Source of the DNA: an uncultured virus (IMG/VR IMGVR_UViG_3300046513_000171)
Lineage: Duplodnaviria; Heunggongvirae; Uroviricota; Caudoviricetes
Virus record (IMG/VR): IMGVR_UViG_3300046513_000171
Length of the DNA stretch: 22,544 bases
Reading direction: 5' to 3' (one strand)
Within the stretch, counting starts at the first letter, position 1. Every line of letters starts with the position of its first letter. Of the stretch, positions 1 to 6,741 are shown in pieces. A program made the position numbers and the translations under genes. The notes beneath the pieces are model-generated. The model was not told the DNA's origin. It searched no databases and was given only the letters and a program-made list of their open reading frames with translations.

Positions 1-313
1 GCCAGTCCGTCATGCCCGTAGTCTTCTCCGCTTCCTTGAGCGCGGCGTCATAGTCATCGAACGGGCCTTCGAGCGTCAACCCGTCGAACGCATTGCCGTA
101 CGCAATCACGAACTGCGGCACGCGTGTGTTCTGCTTCTCGAAGTACGCCTCGATGTCGGCGATGCGGTTGCGCATCTCTTCACGATCCTCGTCGGTGTAT
201 TGGTGGCACTCACCGCGCTCCATGTTGTCGAGGTCTGCCTTGAGCGTAGCCAGCAGCTCGCTCTCGATATAGAAAGCGACCGCCGTGTCGTCTGCAAAGT
301 GCTTGTACATCAT
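1..313 (-). CDS. Hypothetical phage protein, truncated by the window edge (MMYKHFADDTAVAFYIESELL...)
   Basis: Not in the ORF track. ATG at 313 follows palindrome plus GAAGGAG; frame is open to the window start; acidic protein-like translation. Confidence 0.8.
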   Translation of the reverse strand, partial: MMYKHFADDTAVAFYIESELLATLKADLDNMERGECHQYTDEDREEMRNRIADIEAYFEKQNTRVPQFVIAYGNAFDGLTLEGPFDDYDAALKEAEKTTGMTDW

Positions 314-348
314 GTCTCTCCTTCGGAAATTTCCGATTGGTGCTGCGG

Positions 349-627
349 TTAATCGCGCAAAACCTTCTGCGCCTTGTAGATCCACGCGCCGCGCTCGTGC
401 ACGGTGGTAGCTTCCTGAACAAGCTCGCGAAGTACCTGGTTATCTGCCGTGAGCTGATTAATCTGCTCGTCTCGTGTGTCGCGACCTTCCTTGCGCATGC
501 GCTCACGCAGGTGGAAGAAAAGCTCGGTGCGGTTCGCTGCATCTGCCGCGACGTTTTCGATAAACCACCACAGCGCTTGCGCGAGTGCCTGGCCGTCGAG
601 GTATGCCTTGGTCTGTTCGGTGTTCAC
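349..627 (-). CDS. Hypothetical phage protein, 92 aa
   Basis: GTG start after palindrome plus GAAGGAG; tiles between two palindrome copies. Confidence 0.85.
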   Translation of the reverse strand: MNTEQTKAYLDGQALAQALWWFIENVAADAANRTELFFHLRERMRKEGRDTRDEQINQLTADNQVLRELVQEATTVHERGAWIYKAQKVLRD

Positions 628-655
628 TTCGGTCTCCTTCGGAAATTTCCGAAAA

Positions 656-916
656 TTACTGCTGGTTCAGGTAATCCAGAATGCAGTGCTTCGCCGCGCG
701 CATGTCAGGCTCGGGCGTGTTGTAGCTCATGCTGAAGCATTCGAGATCCGTCGCTGCGAAGTGCGGCGCAGCCTTGATATTGATCGTGCGTGCGCCACGC
801 TGCCACTCGAAATACACGCCGTCGTTGGAGGTCGTGAAGTACAGGTACTCATGACCGTTGCGCTTGACGGTGCGCTCCAGGTTGATGTGGGCGTACCTCA
901 CCTTGGGTTTTTTCAC
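656..916 (-). CDS. Hypothetical phage protein, 86 aa
   Basis: GTG start after palindrome plus GAAGGAG; tiles between two palindrome copies. Confidence 0.85.
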   Translation of the reverse strand: MKKPKVRYAHINLERTVKRNGHEYLYFTTSNDGVYFEWQRGARTINIKAAPHFAATDLECFSMSYNTPEPDMRAAKHCILDYLNQQ

Positions 917-956
917 TTCGGGCTCCTTCGGAAATTTCCGATTGGTGCTGCGGTTG

Positions 957-1295
957 TTACTTCCAGAGGTGCTGCACCGTGACGATCAGGCCGACCATCG
1001 CGATGCCTACGATGTACAGCTTGTTCGTCAGGCGCTGCTCGATACCGTCGACGTGTGCCTTGAGCAAAGCAATGTCGGCCTTCAGATCAGATCTGGCCGC
1101 AGCCAGGTCTGCTTTCGTCGCGGCAATGTCGGCCTTCAGATCGGTCTTGAGCAGCGCCACGTCAGCCTTCGTCGCGACTGCGTCCGTCAGGCCCTTGTTG
1201 AGCGCGGTCACCAGGATCTCGGCGCCGCGCTCGGTCATGCCGCCCTCAGACGTGAGCTGCTTGATGAGTTCGTGTGTGTCGTTGAAAACGGGCAT
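957..1295 (-). CDS. DUF1640/CCDC90-like coiled-coil protein with C-terminal membrane anchor, 112 aa
   Basis: Start moved to ATG 1295 after TAAGGAGA; N-terminal DTHELIKQL..GMTERGAE, repeated ATKAD(V/L), C-terminal hydrophobic LYIVGIAMVGLIVTV. Confidence 0.8.
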   Translation of the reverse strand: MPVFNDTHELIKQLTSEGGMTERGAEILVTALNKGLTDAVATKADVALLKTDLKADIAATKADLAAARSDLKADIALLKAHVDGIEQRLTNKLYIVGIAMVGLIVTVQHLWK

Positions 1296-1305
1296 GACAG
1301 TCTCC

Positions 1306-1515
1306 TTAATCAACCGCGCGATGCACAACCTGCGTACCCACCGGTTTGCCGTCGATCATCTTCACGTCGGTCTCAGCCAGCGTCACGCTGACCATGTGGT
1401 GCTTCGACTTCGGCGTTTTGAACTTGACCAGCGCCGCGACCTTGGCGTCGTAAAGCGTGTTCGCGTAGATCTCCGCGCGCTGGCCGTTGTGCGAAAAAGC
1501 GATATAGCCGTTCAT
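1306..1515 (-). CDS. Hypothetical phage protein, 69 aa (MNGYIAFSHNG...)
   Basis: Start moved to ATG 1515 after palindrome plus GAAGGAG. Confidence 0.85.
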   Translation of the reverse strand: MNGYIAFSHNGQRAEIYANTLYDAKVAALVKFKTPKSKHHMVSVTLAETDVKMIDGKPVGTQVVHRAVD

Positions 1516-1540
1516 CTTGAACTCCTTCGGAAATTTCCGA

Positions 1541-2245
1541 TTAATGCTGCTCGACGATACTGCCATCAATGCGCACGACAGCGGCTACGTCCAGTTCGCT
1601 GTACTCCTTCGTGCACTGGTCCTCAGCCTCTTTCGCGCTCTTTGCCCACAGGCCGCGATACCAGCGCGTCTGGGCCACGCCGTTCAACCCGAACACACGC
1701 CAGAACTCCACGCGCACGAGCAGGTCTTCGTCGAGCGTAGTGGCTGTGCCGTCGTGCCATCCTGAAACCAGACCATCTTCATCGATCTTGCACTGGGAGC
1801 AGCCGTACGTCACGCGGCCGTCCTCGCTGGATACGGTCAGGATCTCGAACAGGTTCATCGACCACACGCCCGTCGTGCGCACCCTGTCCCCCACCTCGAA
1901 CTGCGGGCAAGGCTTGAGTGATGAGATATCGACAGGGAACGGGTTTCTGACACCCACCTTCACGCTGCGCAGCTGCGGCAGGCCGGCGTACATGCCGACC
2001 ACGGTCACGATCAGCCGGTCGTAGCTCATCATGGGCGGCACGTATATGGCCTTGCGGTGCGCGCCGAACGGGTCGAAAGTCGTGTTGACCGTGTGGACTA
2101 CCGTGCCGTTGTTGACGTTGGACCAGCACGCGCCTTCGTCCTCGCGGAGCACGGCAAATCCTTCACCACGCTTGATCCACACACGATCGTCCATCGGCAC
2201 TGTGAAGTGATCGCCTTCGACGAGTTCAAAGAACTTCAGTTTCAT
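1541..2245 (-). CDS. Hypothetical multi-module phage protein, 234 aa, with SH3/KOW-like FEVGDRVR motif
   Basis: ATG after palindrome plus GAAGGAG; the TAA stop abuts the next palindrome. Confidence 0.85.
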   Translation of the reverse strand: MKLKFFELVEGDHFTVPMDDRVWIKRGEGFAVLREDEGACWSNVNNGTVVHTVNTTFDPFGAHRKAIYVPPMMSYDRLIVTVVGMYAGLPQLRSVKVGVRNPFPVDISSLKPCPQFEVGDRVRTTGVWSMNLFEILTVSSEDGRVTYGCSQCKIDEDGLVSGWHDGTATTLDEDLLVRVEFWRVFGLNGVAQTRWYRGLWAKSAKEAEDQCTKEYSELDVAAVVRIDGSIVEQH

Positions 2246-2281
2246 TCTGTTCTCCTTCGGAAATTTCCGATTAGTGGTTGG

Positions 2282-2731
2282 TTACGCTTTCTCGCGCGCT
2301 GCAGCGAGTGCGGCCTTGGTTGCCTCGGACTTCTCCTTGCACTCGGCAGTCAGTTGGGTGTACACGCCGCCGTCGATCGCATACACATCACACAGGAAAG
2401 CCATCTGATGCACGATCAGGCGGATTGCTGCGTCATTGCGCACGTCCATCGTGTCGCCGTTCTCGCCGCGCTGGATCTGGTTGATACAGTGCACCAGCGA
2501 GCGCGCCACGCCGCTCAGATTGCCCGCCCCGGCCTGGATACCAATCGCATCGTTCCAGCGGTTGGAGGCGAGCACGTTCATGTCCTGCACGCCCGCCGTG
2601 AACGACTTCAGTCCCGGCCCTTCGAATGTCTGCACGGCAGGGCTCAGGATCTGGCGCACCATCTCGTGCGCTGCGGCATGTGATTCGGCTTCGAAAGTCA
2701 GTGCGATGTTCAGTGTGATCTGCTTGCTCAT
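2282..2731 (-). CDS. Hypothetical phage protein, 149 aa
   Basis: ATG after palindrome plus GAAGGAG; fits the tiling of the cluster. Confidence 0.85.
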   Translation of the reverse strand: MSKQITLNIALTFEAESHAAAHEMVRQILSPAVQTFEGPGLKSFTAGVQDMNVLASNRWNDAIGIQAGAGNLSGVARSLVHCINQIQRGENGDTMDVRNDAAIRLIVHQMAFLCDVYAIDGGVYTQLTAECKEKSEATKAALAAAREKA

Positions 2732-2759
2732 GATGGTGCTCTCCTTCGGAAATTTCCGA

Positions 2760-2957
2760 TTAATGAATGACCCGCTGGCAGTCGTGCAGCTTCAGAATGA
2801 AGCTCACATCCTCCCAGTCGAAGTCCTCGTTGATGTGATAATGCGAGCCCTCATGCAACTCGCATTGGTAAATCACCCCCGCTGACACCAGCGCCTGCGC
2901 CTCGTCATCATCCAGTACGCAAGGCACGGCGTCAGCTTCCAGAATCACTGCTGACAT
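2760..2957 (-). CDS. Small acidic hypothetical protein, 65 aa
   Basis: ATG 2 nt after the upstream stop; TAA abuts the palindrome at 2746-2759. Confidence 0.75.
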   Translation of the reverse strand: MSAVILEADAVPCVLDDDEAQALVSAGVIYQCELHEGSHYHINEDFDWEDVSFILKLHDCQRVIH

Positions 2958-2959
2958 CG

Positions 2960-3265
2960 TTACTTCGCAGCGAGCTGGCTGTCGTTGTTATCGATGTGCA
3001 CCCATGCCGGCCATTCCGCCTTCGCCGATGCCATGCTCGGCTGCTTCGGCATGTTGTCCTTGTAGTACTTCTCGCGCTCGACCGGGTTCATCGTCTGCGA
3101 GTTCGGAAAGTTTCCGAGCTGCGCCTGACCATAGCCATTCGCGCCGCCGTAGCTCGAACTCGATGCGGCCGCACCCGTGCCGTTGCCACCCGCCGATGCA
3201 CCACTGCCCGCAAATGCGGGCGCTGTGGCAATGAGAAGAAGCGCGGTAATCAGATACTTTTTCAT
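2960..3265 (-). CDS. Secreted/periplasmic small protein, 101 aa
   Basis: Sec-type signal peptide MKKYLITALLLIATAPAFA followed by a Gly/Ala/Ser-rich segment; AAGGGG upstream. Confidence 0.8.
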   Translation of the reverse strand: MKKYLITALLLIATAPAFAGSGASAGGNGTGAAASSSSYGGANGYGQAQLGNFPNSQTMNPVEREKYYKDNMPKQPSMASAKAEWPAWVHIDNNDSQLAAK

Positions 3266-3304
3266 TTTGAACCCCTTGGATTGCGTTATTGACTACAGGA
3301 TTAA

Positions 3305-3460
3305 CTACAGGAAAGGCTGCGGATGGACCAGCACGGTGAGCACCGCCGCAGCGACAGCGACCACCGTTACAAGCAGAGCCACGCACGTGCGCGCCGGCCA
3401 CCGCATCAGCGAGAGCAACACGAGCAACAGGACGAGCGGATTAGTCACGAACCGGGTCAT
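3305..3460 (-). CDS. Small hydrophobic membrane protein, 51 aa (MTRFVTNPLVLLVLLSLMRWPARTCVALLVTVVAVAAAVLTVLVHPQPFL)
   Basis: Translated by hand; fills the gap in the minus-strand cluster; two hydrophobic stretches. Confidence 0.6.
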   Translation of the reverse strand: MTRFVTNPLVLLLVLLSLMRWPARTCVALLVTVVAVAAAVLTVLVHPQPFL

Positions 3461-3554
3461 TGTCTGTCAGGTCCATGCAGGAGAAGACGTAGTCGATGAC
3501 CGCCACCACTGAGCAGCAGCCGAGAATGGCTGCGACGCCGAAGAGAGTTTCCAT
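3441..3554 (-). CDS. Possible small membrane peptide, 37 aa (METLFGVAAILGCCSVVAVIDYVFSCMDLTDNDPVRD)
   Basis: Translated by hand; ATG 5 nt after the upstream stop; no clear SD. Confidence 0.45.
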   Translation of the reverse strand: METLFGVAAILGCCSVVAVIDYVFSCMDLTDNDPVRD

Positions 3555-3559
3555 GATGT

Positions 3560-4198
3560 TCAGAACACGAACTGGCGCAGGGTGCCGTTATCGAAGTAGT
3601 AAGCCGTGGTCACAGCCTTGTACTCGACAGCCGAGAGGACGAACACGGCGCGGTTCATCTCGCGCATCTTGTTCATCGCCTCGTCGGGCGTGAAGCCGGT
3701 GTACGACTCCACCACGGGCTCGATCGCAGCTGCGCCGTCTTCACACTCGCCGCGGTACAGGACACCCGTCACCACGTACGAGGCCGCCTTCACGATCTGG
3801 TGTTCGAACACGATGAACTCGAACTGGCCGCCGTTGATCTTGGCATTGACGCGCCACTGCTCGTTGCCCTGATAGCTGACGATCTCAGCCGTGTGACCGA
3901 TGCCGGGCAGGATTGTGAGGCGGATCATCTCGCAGGGCTCGAAGCGCTCGAAGCGCAGTTCGCGTTCTTCGGAAATTTCCGAAGCGGGCGCAGCGAGGTG
4001 TACGGTCTGGATGACCTGCTGTTCGCGCTCGAACGGCGTGACGAATGCAGCGCTGCTCATACGATGGGCGCTGTACTCACTGACCTTGCGGTAGTGAATG
4101 CCGGCCGCGACGAACGTGTTGTTCGTCGCGAGTTCGTGGAAGAGGCGCGTACCGGTCACGGCATAGCCCGCCGGCGCCATGATATTGGTGTGGGACAT
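3560..4198 (-). CDS. Hypothetical multi-module phage protein, 212 aa
   Basis: ATG after palindrome plus GGAG; contains an internal palindrome copy translated as SEISE. Confidence 0.85.
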   Translation of the reverse strand: MSHTNIMAPAGYAVTGTRLFHELATNNTFVAAGIHYRKVSEYSAHRMSSAAFVTPFEREQQVIQTVHLAAPASEISEERELRFERFEPCEMIRLTILPGIGHTAEIVSYQGNEQWRVNAKINGGQFEFIVFEHQIVKAASYVVTGVLYRGECEDGAAAIEPVVESYTGFTPDEAMNKMREMNRAVFVLSAVEYKAVTTAYYFDNGTLRQFVF

Positions 4199-4337
4199 GT
4201 GGGACTCCGTTCGGAAATTTCCGAAAAGGTTGACTGCGTTTTATGTGCTGTGCATCGATCGCTCTGTGTCGATCGGCGCACAGTTTGTCAGATTGAAACG
4301 CCAGAGTAAAGGCGTTTCGAGTCGAGGTGAAAACTGC

Positions 4338-5291
4338 TCATTCGGGTTTCATCTTGCGCTGCATTTCCTCCAGTGAGGTGAATTGGGAGAGCGCGAACTG
4401 CTGTGCGGCGTCGGGCGTTTGCTCCTTCTTTCTCGTGCCGGCCTCGAACAGGCGCTCCTGTACCTTTTTGGGCGTCTTCTGAAACCTGTGGCCCGAAATG
4501 TCCACCGCGTGCGCCTTGGCGTTGTCGGCCCACAGCTGCGCGTACGTGCGCCCGTTGTGCGCGGGCAGAAGCATCGCGTTAAGCGCCTCGGGGTTCCACA
4601 CGCGCAGGAGCAACACGAAGAAATCCGGCGTGATGACCGTGACGTGGTCATTGTTGCGCCCGCGCACACGCATGATGTGATGGCCCCAGCTCGGGTAGCG
4701 CTCCTTCACGGTACGCGACTGCATGCTGGGCGTGATATCGCTCACGGGTGGCAGGAACCGGCACACGTCGGCCCACGAAAGCCAGGGCGTGTCGTTCACG
4801 TACAGGATGCGCAGGGGTGGCGACTTCTCCGTGATCCACGCCGTGTAGTGAAAACGCGCCGTCTGCTTTTCATCTTCAGTCGGCAGTGCGGGCACATCGT
4901 CAAGCGGACCCACGGCCGGCGCGATGCCTCGAAGCGCGCCGTTCTTCGTCACGGGCATGCCGGGGGGCGGCGCCATTGTCGGAAATTTCCGAACCGTCAC
5001 CCAATCGTTGAAGAGGTTCCACGTGTCGTGGCCCTCGATACGGTTCTGCAACCACTGCATGACAAGCGGGTGGGCTGCAAAGCGCAGCGTCAGGCGCTCG
5101 TTGCCTGGGTTCGGTACGAGGGTCGTGAATTCCGGCGCGTATTTCGGGATCTGCGCGCTGGAGCTGGGGTTCAGGTTGAGCAGCTTGACCACGTCTGCGG
5201 CGCACCACATGAGCCCGAACTCGGGGTGGATATAGCAGCGAACGAGCGACGGGAGTTGGGAGCCGTCGTAAGGAAAAATCTCGGTAATCAT
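4338..5291 (-). CDS. Tandem BRO-N-like (antirepressor-type) DNA-binding protein, 317 aa
   Basis: Two BRO-N-like signatures, VRCYIHPEFGLMWCAADVVKLL and LRILYVNDTPWLSWADVCRFL, separated by a Pro-rich linker; AGGAGG upstream. Confidence 0.7.
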   Translation of the reverse strand: MITEIFPYDGSQLPSLVRCYIHPEFGLMWCAADVVKLLNLNPSSSAQIPKYAPEFTTLVPNPGNERLTLRFAAHPLVMQWLQNRIEGHDTWNLFNDWVTVRKFPTMAPPPGMPVTKNGALRGIAPAVGPLDDVPALPTEDEKQTARFHYTAWITEKSPPLRILYVNDTPWLSWADVCRFLPPVSDITPSMQSRTVKERYPSWGHHIMRVRGRNNDHVTVITPDFFVLLLRVWNPEALNAMLLPAHNGRTYAQLWADNAKAHAVDISGHRFQKTPKKVQERLFEAGTRKKEQTPDAAQQFALSQFTSLEEMQRKMKPE

Positions 5292-5597
5292 AATATTCGC
5301 TTAGCCCTCCTGGGCCGTCAAAAAGGTAGGCACCTCCCAGAAAGAGGCGCAGGGGAAAAACACGATCACACAGAAAACAGCGGGGTCATTGCCGGGAGTG
5401 ACACCCAAAAAAGCAGGGGCGGGAGGCAATGCGAATACTATACTCTATTAATATCAAAAGAATAATAATAATAGAGTCTCTATGTTCGTGTGTCGCTGTG
5501 ATCCGATCGATGTTATTTCGCTGCGCGGTGCCAGATCGCTGCGAGTTTCGGAAATTTCCGAACGTCGAATCGGCCGCAAACCCTTGCTGGTAGCCAA

Positions 5598-6013
5598 TGC
5601 GCAAGTCGTGCGCAAGTCGTGCGCAAGTCAGAGAGTGTTGCTGAAAATGAGACAATATGGGCGAGTAATGGCATTATTCGTGCGAAACGTGGTCCATTAG
5701 CGCGAATTTTGCAATTATGCGAAATGCTCAATCGTCTCACGGCCACCGCTATGGCACGAGTATTACGACATTACTCGTGTTGTTTTCACGCCACACCGCG
5801 ACTTGCGCAAAATCGCCTCTGACTTGCGCAAATTTGTGTCAATTGTTCGTGCTAAAGCACTAAAAAAGCACGGTCGGACTGCGCAAGTCGCGATTACATC
5901 CCGCTTACAAAAGAACAATCCACTCCGCTTTCGGAAATTTCCGAAACAAACCACTCAGAAATTGCCGGAAACGAAGGAAACGACTTGCGCAAAGCCAATG
6001 CGCAAGTCGTTTC
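5598..6013. repeat. Cluster of eight TGCGCAAGTC motifs in non-coding DNA (iteron/operator-like)
   Basis: Plus-strand copies at 5598, 5609, 5620 (11-bp tandem), 5880, 5999; reverse copies GACTTGCGCA at 5800, 5821, 5982; 15-bp perfect inverted repeat 5977-5991/5999-6013. Confidence 0.9.
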
Positions 6014-6016
6014 TTC

Positions 6017-6163
6017 TCATCGGACGCTGCACCAGACCACGCCCCACGCGCCGCCCAGGAGCACGCCCGTCACACACGCGGCCGCAATCACCCACACGGT
6101 GTGATCGCCGTGCACGACGTACGCGGCGAGCTTCGGAAATTTCCGAAACAGGGTGCGCTTCAT
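6017..6163 (-). CDS. Small membrane protein, 48 aa (MKRTLFRKFPKLAAYVVHGDHTVWVIAAACVTGVLLGGAWGVVWCSVR)
   Basis: ATGA overlap with the upstream stop; C-terminal hydrophobic helix; palindrome encodes RKFP. Confidence 0.65.
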   Translation of the reverse strand: MKRTLFRKFPKLAAYVVHGDHTVWVIAAACVTGVLLGGAWGVVWCSVR

Positions 6164-6336
6164 CGCCCACCCCGCGAGATGTAATGACCGGCGATGAGAC
6201 GCTGCGCCGTCTTGCGCGCCATGAACATCATCGCGTCGCGGCCCCATGCGGTTGACATATGGGGAACGGACTTCAGCTGTGACGCGAGCAGCATCGCGTC
6301 GTCGGACTTGCCCTGTGCGTGCGGGATGGTTTTCAT
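6160..6336 (-). CDS. Hypothetical protein, 58 aa (MKTIPHAQGKSDDAMLLASQLK...)
   Basis: Translated by hand; GGAGAGG upstream; ATGA overlaps at both ends. Confidence 0.65.
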   Translation of the reverse strand: MKTIPHAQGKSDDAMLLASQLKSVPHMSTAWGRDAMMFMARKTAQRLIAGHYISRGGR

Positions 6337-6410
6337 TGCGCCTCTCCCGCCAGTTCACGCGCCGCCACTTCGTCGCTGTTCTCCAGCGCATACACCAGGT
6401 CATCAATCAC
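6333..6410 (-). CDS. Small acidic peptide, 25 aa (MIDDLVYALENSDEVAARELAGEAQ)
   Basis: GTG start after palindrome plus GAAGGAG with the same geometry as the larger genes; stop overlaps the next ATG. Confidence 0.6.
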   Translation of the reverse strand: MIDDLVYALENSDEVAARELAGEAQ

Positions 6411-6462
6411 GTTCGGACTCCTTCGGAAATTTCCGAAAATACTACGTTGAAAATGGGCGGAT

Positions 6463-6741
6463 TTATGCCTTGCGCCCCCACAGGCGGATTTCACGCAATG
6501 CCAGGCACGCGAGACGGTCTACCTCGTCCAGCTGCGCGGGCGTGCCCTCCCACACGAGCACGAGCTGTTTCGCCTCATGCACGGACTGGCGGTTGACGGC
6601 GCGCATGTACACACGCCGCTCTTGCGCCTCACGCCGCGATACGTTGTAGATCGGTTCGCACAACTTAATGAGACGGTCGGCATAAATCTCGACCGTGCTG
6701 CGACCAACAAACACGGCGCGTTCGGAAATTTCCGAATTCAT
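6463..6741 (-). CDS. Hypothetical phage protein, 92 aa
   Basis: AGGAGGTGA SD; TGATG overlap with the upstream gene; palindrome at codons 3-7 (SEISE). Confidence 0.75.
   Translation of the reverse strand: MNSEISERAVFVGRSTVEIYADRLIKLCEPIYNVSRREAQERRVYMRAVNRQSVHEAKQLVLVWEGTPAQLDEVDRLACLALREIRLWGRKA

Noticed and set aside
210..1569. Recurring peptides RKFPK, SEISE and FGNFR in many track ORFs as a protein repeat family
   Set aside because: They are the three-frame translations of the DNA palindrome; several track ORFs are over-extended through it (e.g. 1306-1569, true start 1515)
313..2762. Integron cassette array with attC sites
   Set aside because: The junctions are far shorter than attC sites, I see no long imperfect attC-type stem, and no integrase is in the window
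4383..5465. 360-aa plus-strand ORF and other plus-strand ORFs over 1-8100
   Set aside because: Antisense shadows of minus-strand genes that have SD sites and tile cleanly; translations are Arg/His-rich and not protein-like
5955..6020. 21-aa ORF MRRNDLRIGFAQVVSFVSGNF coupled by an ATGA overlap
   Set aside because: Lies over the inverted TGCGCAAGTC repeat, which explains the sequence; no independent support
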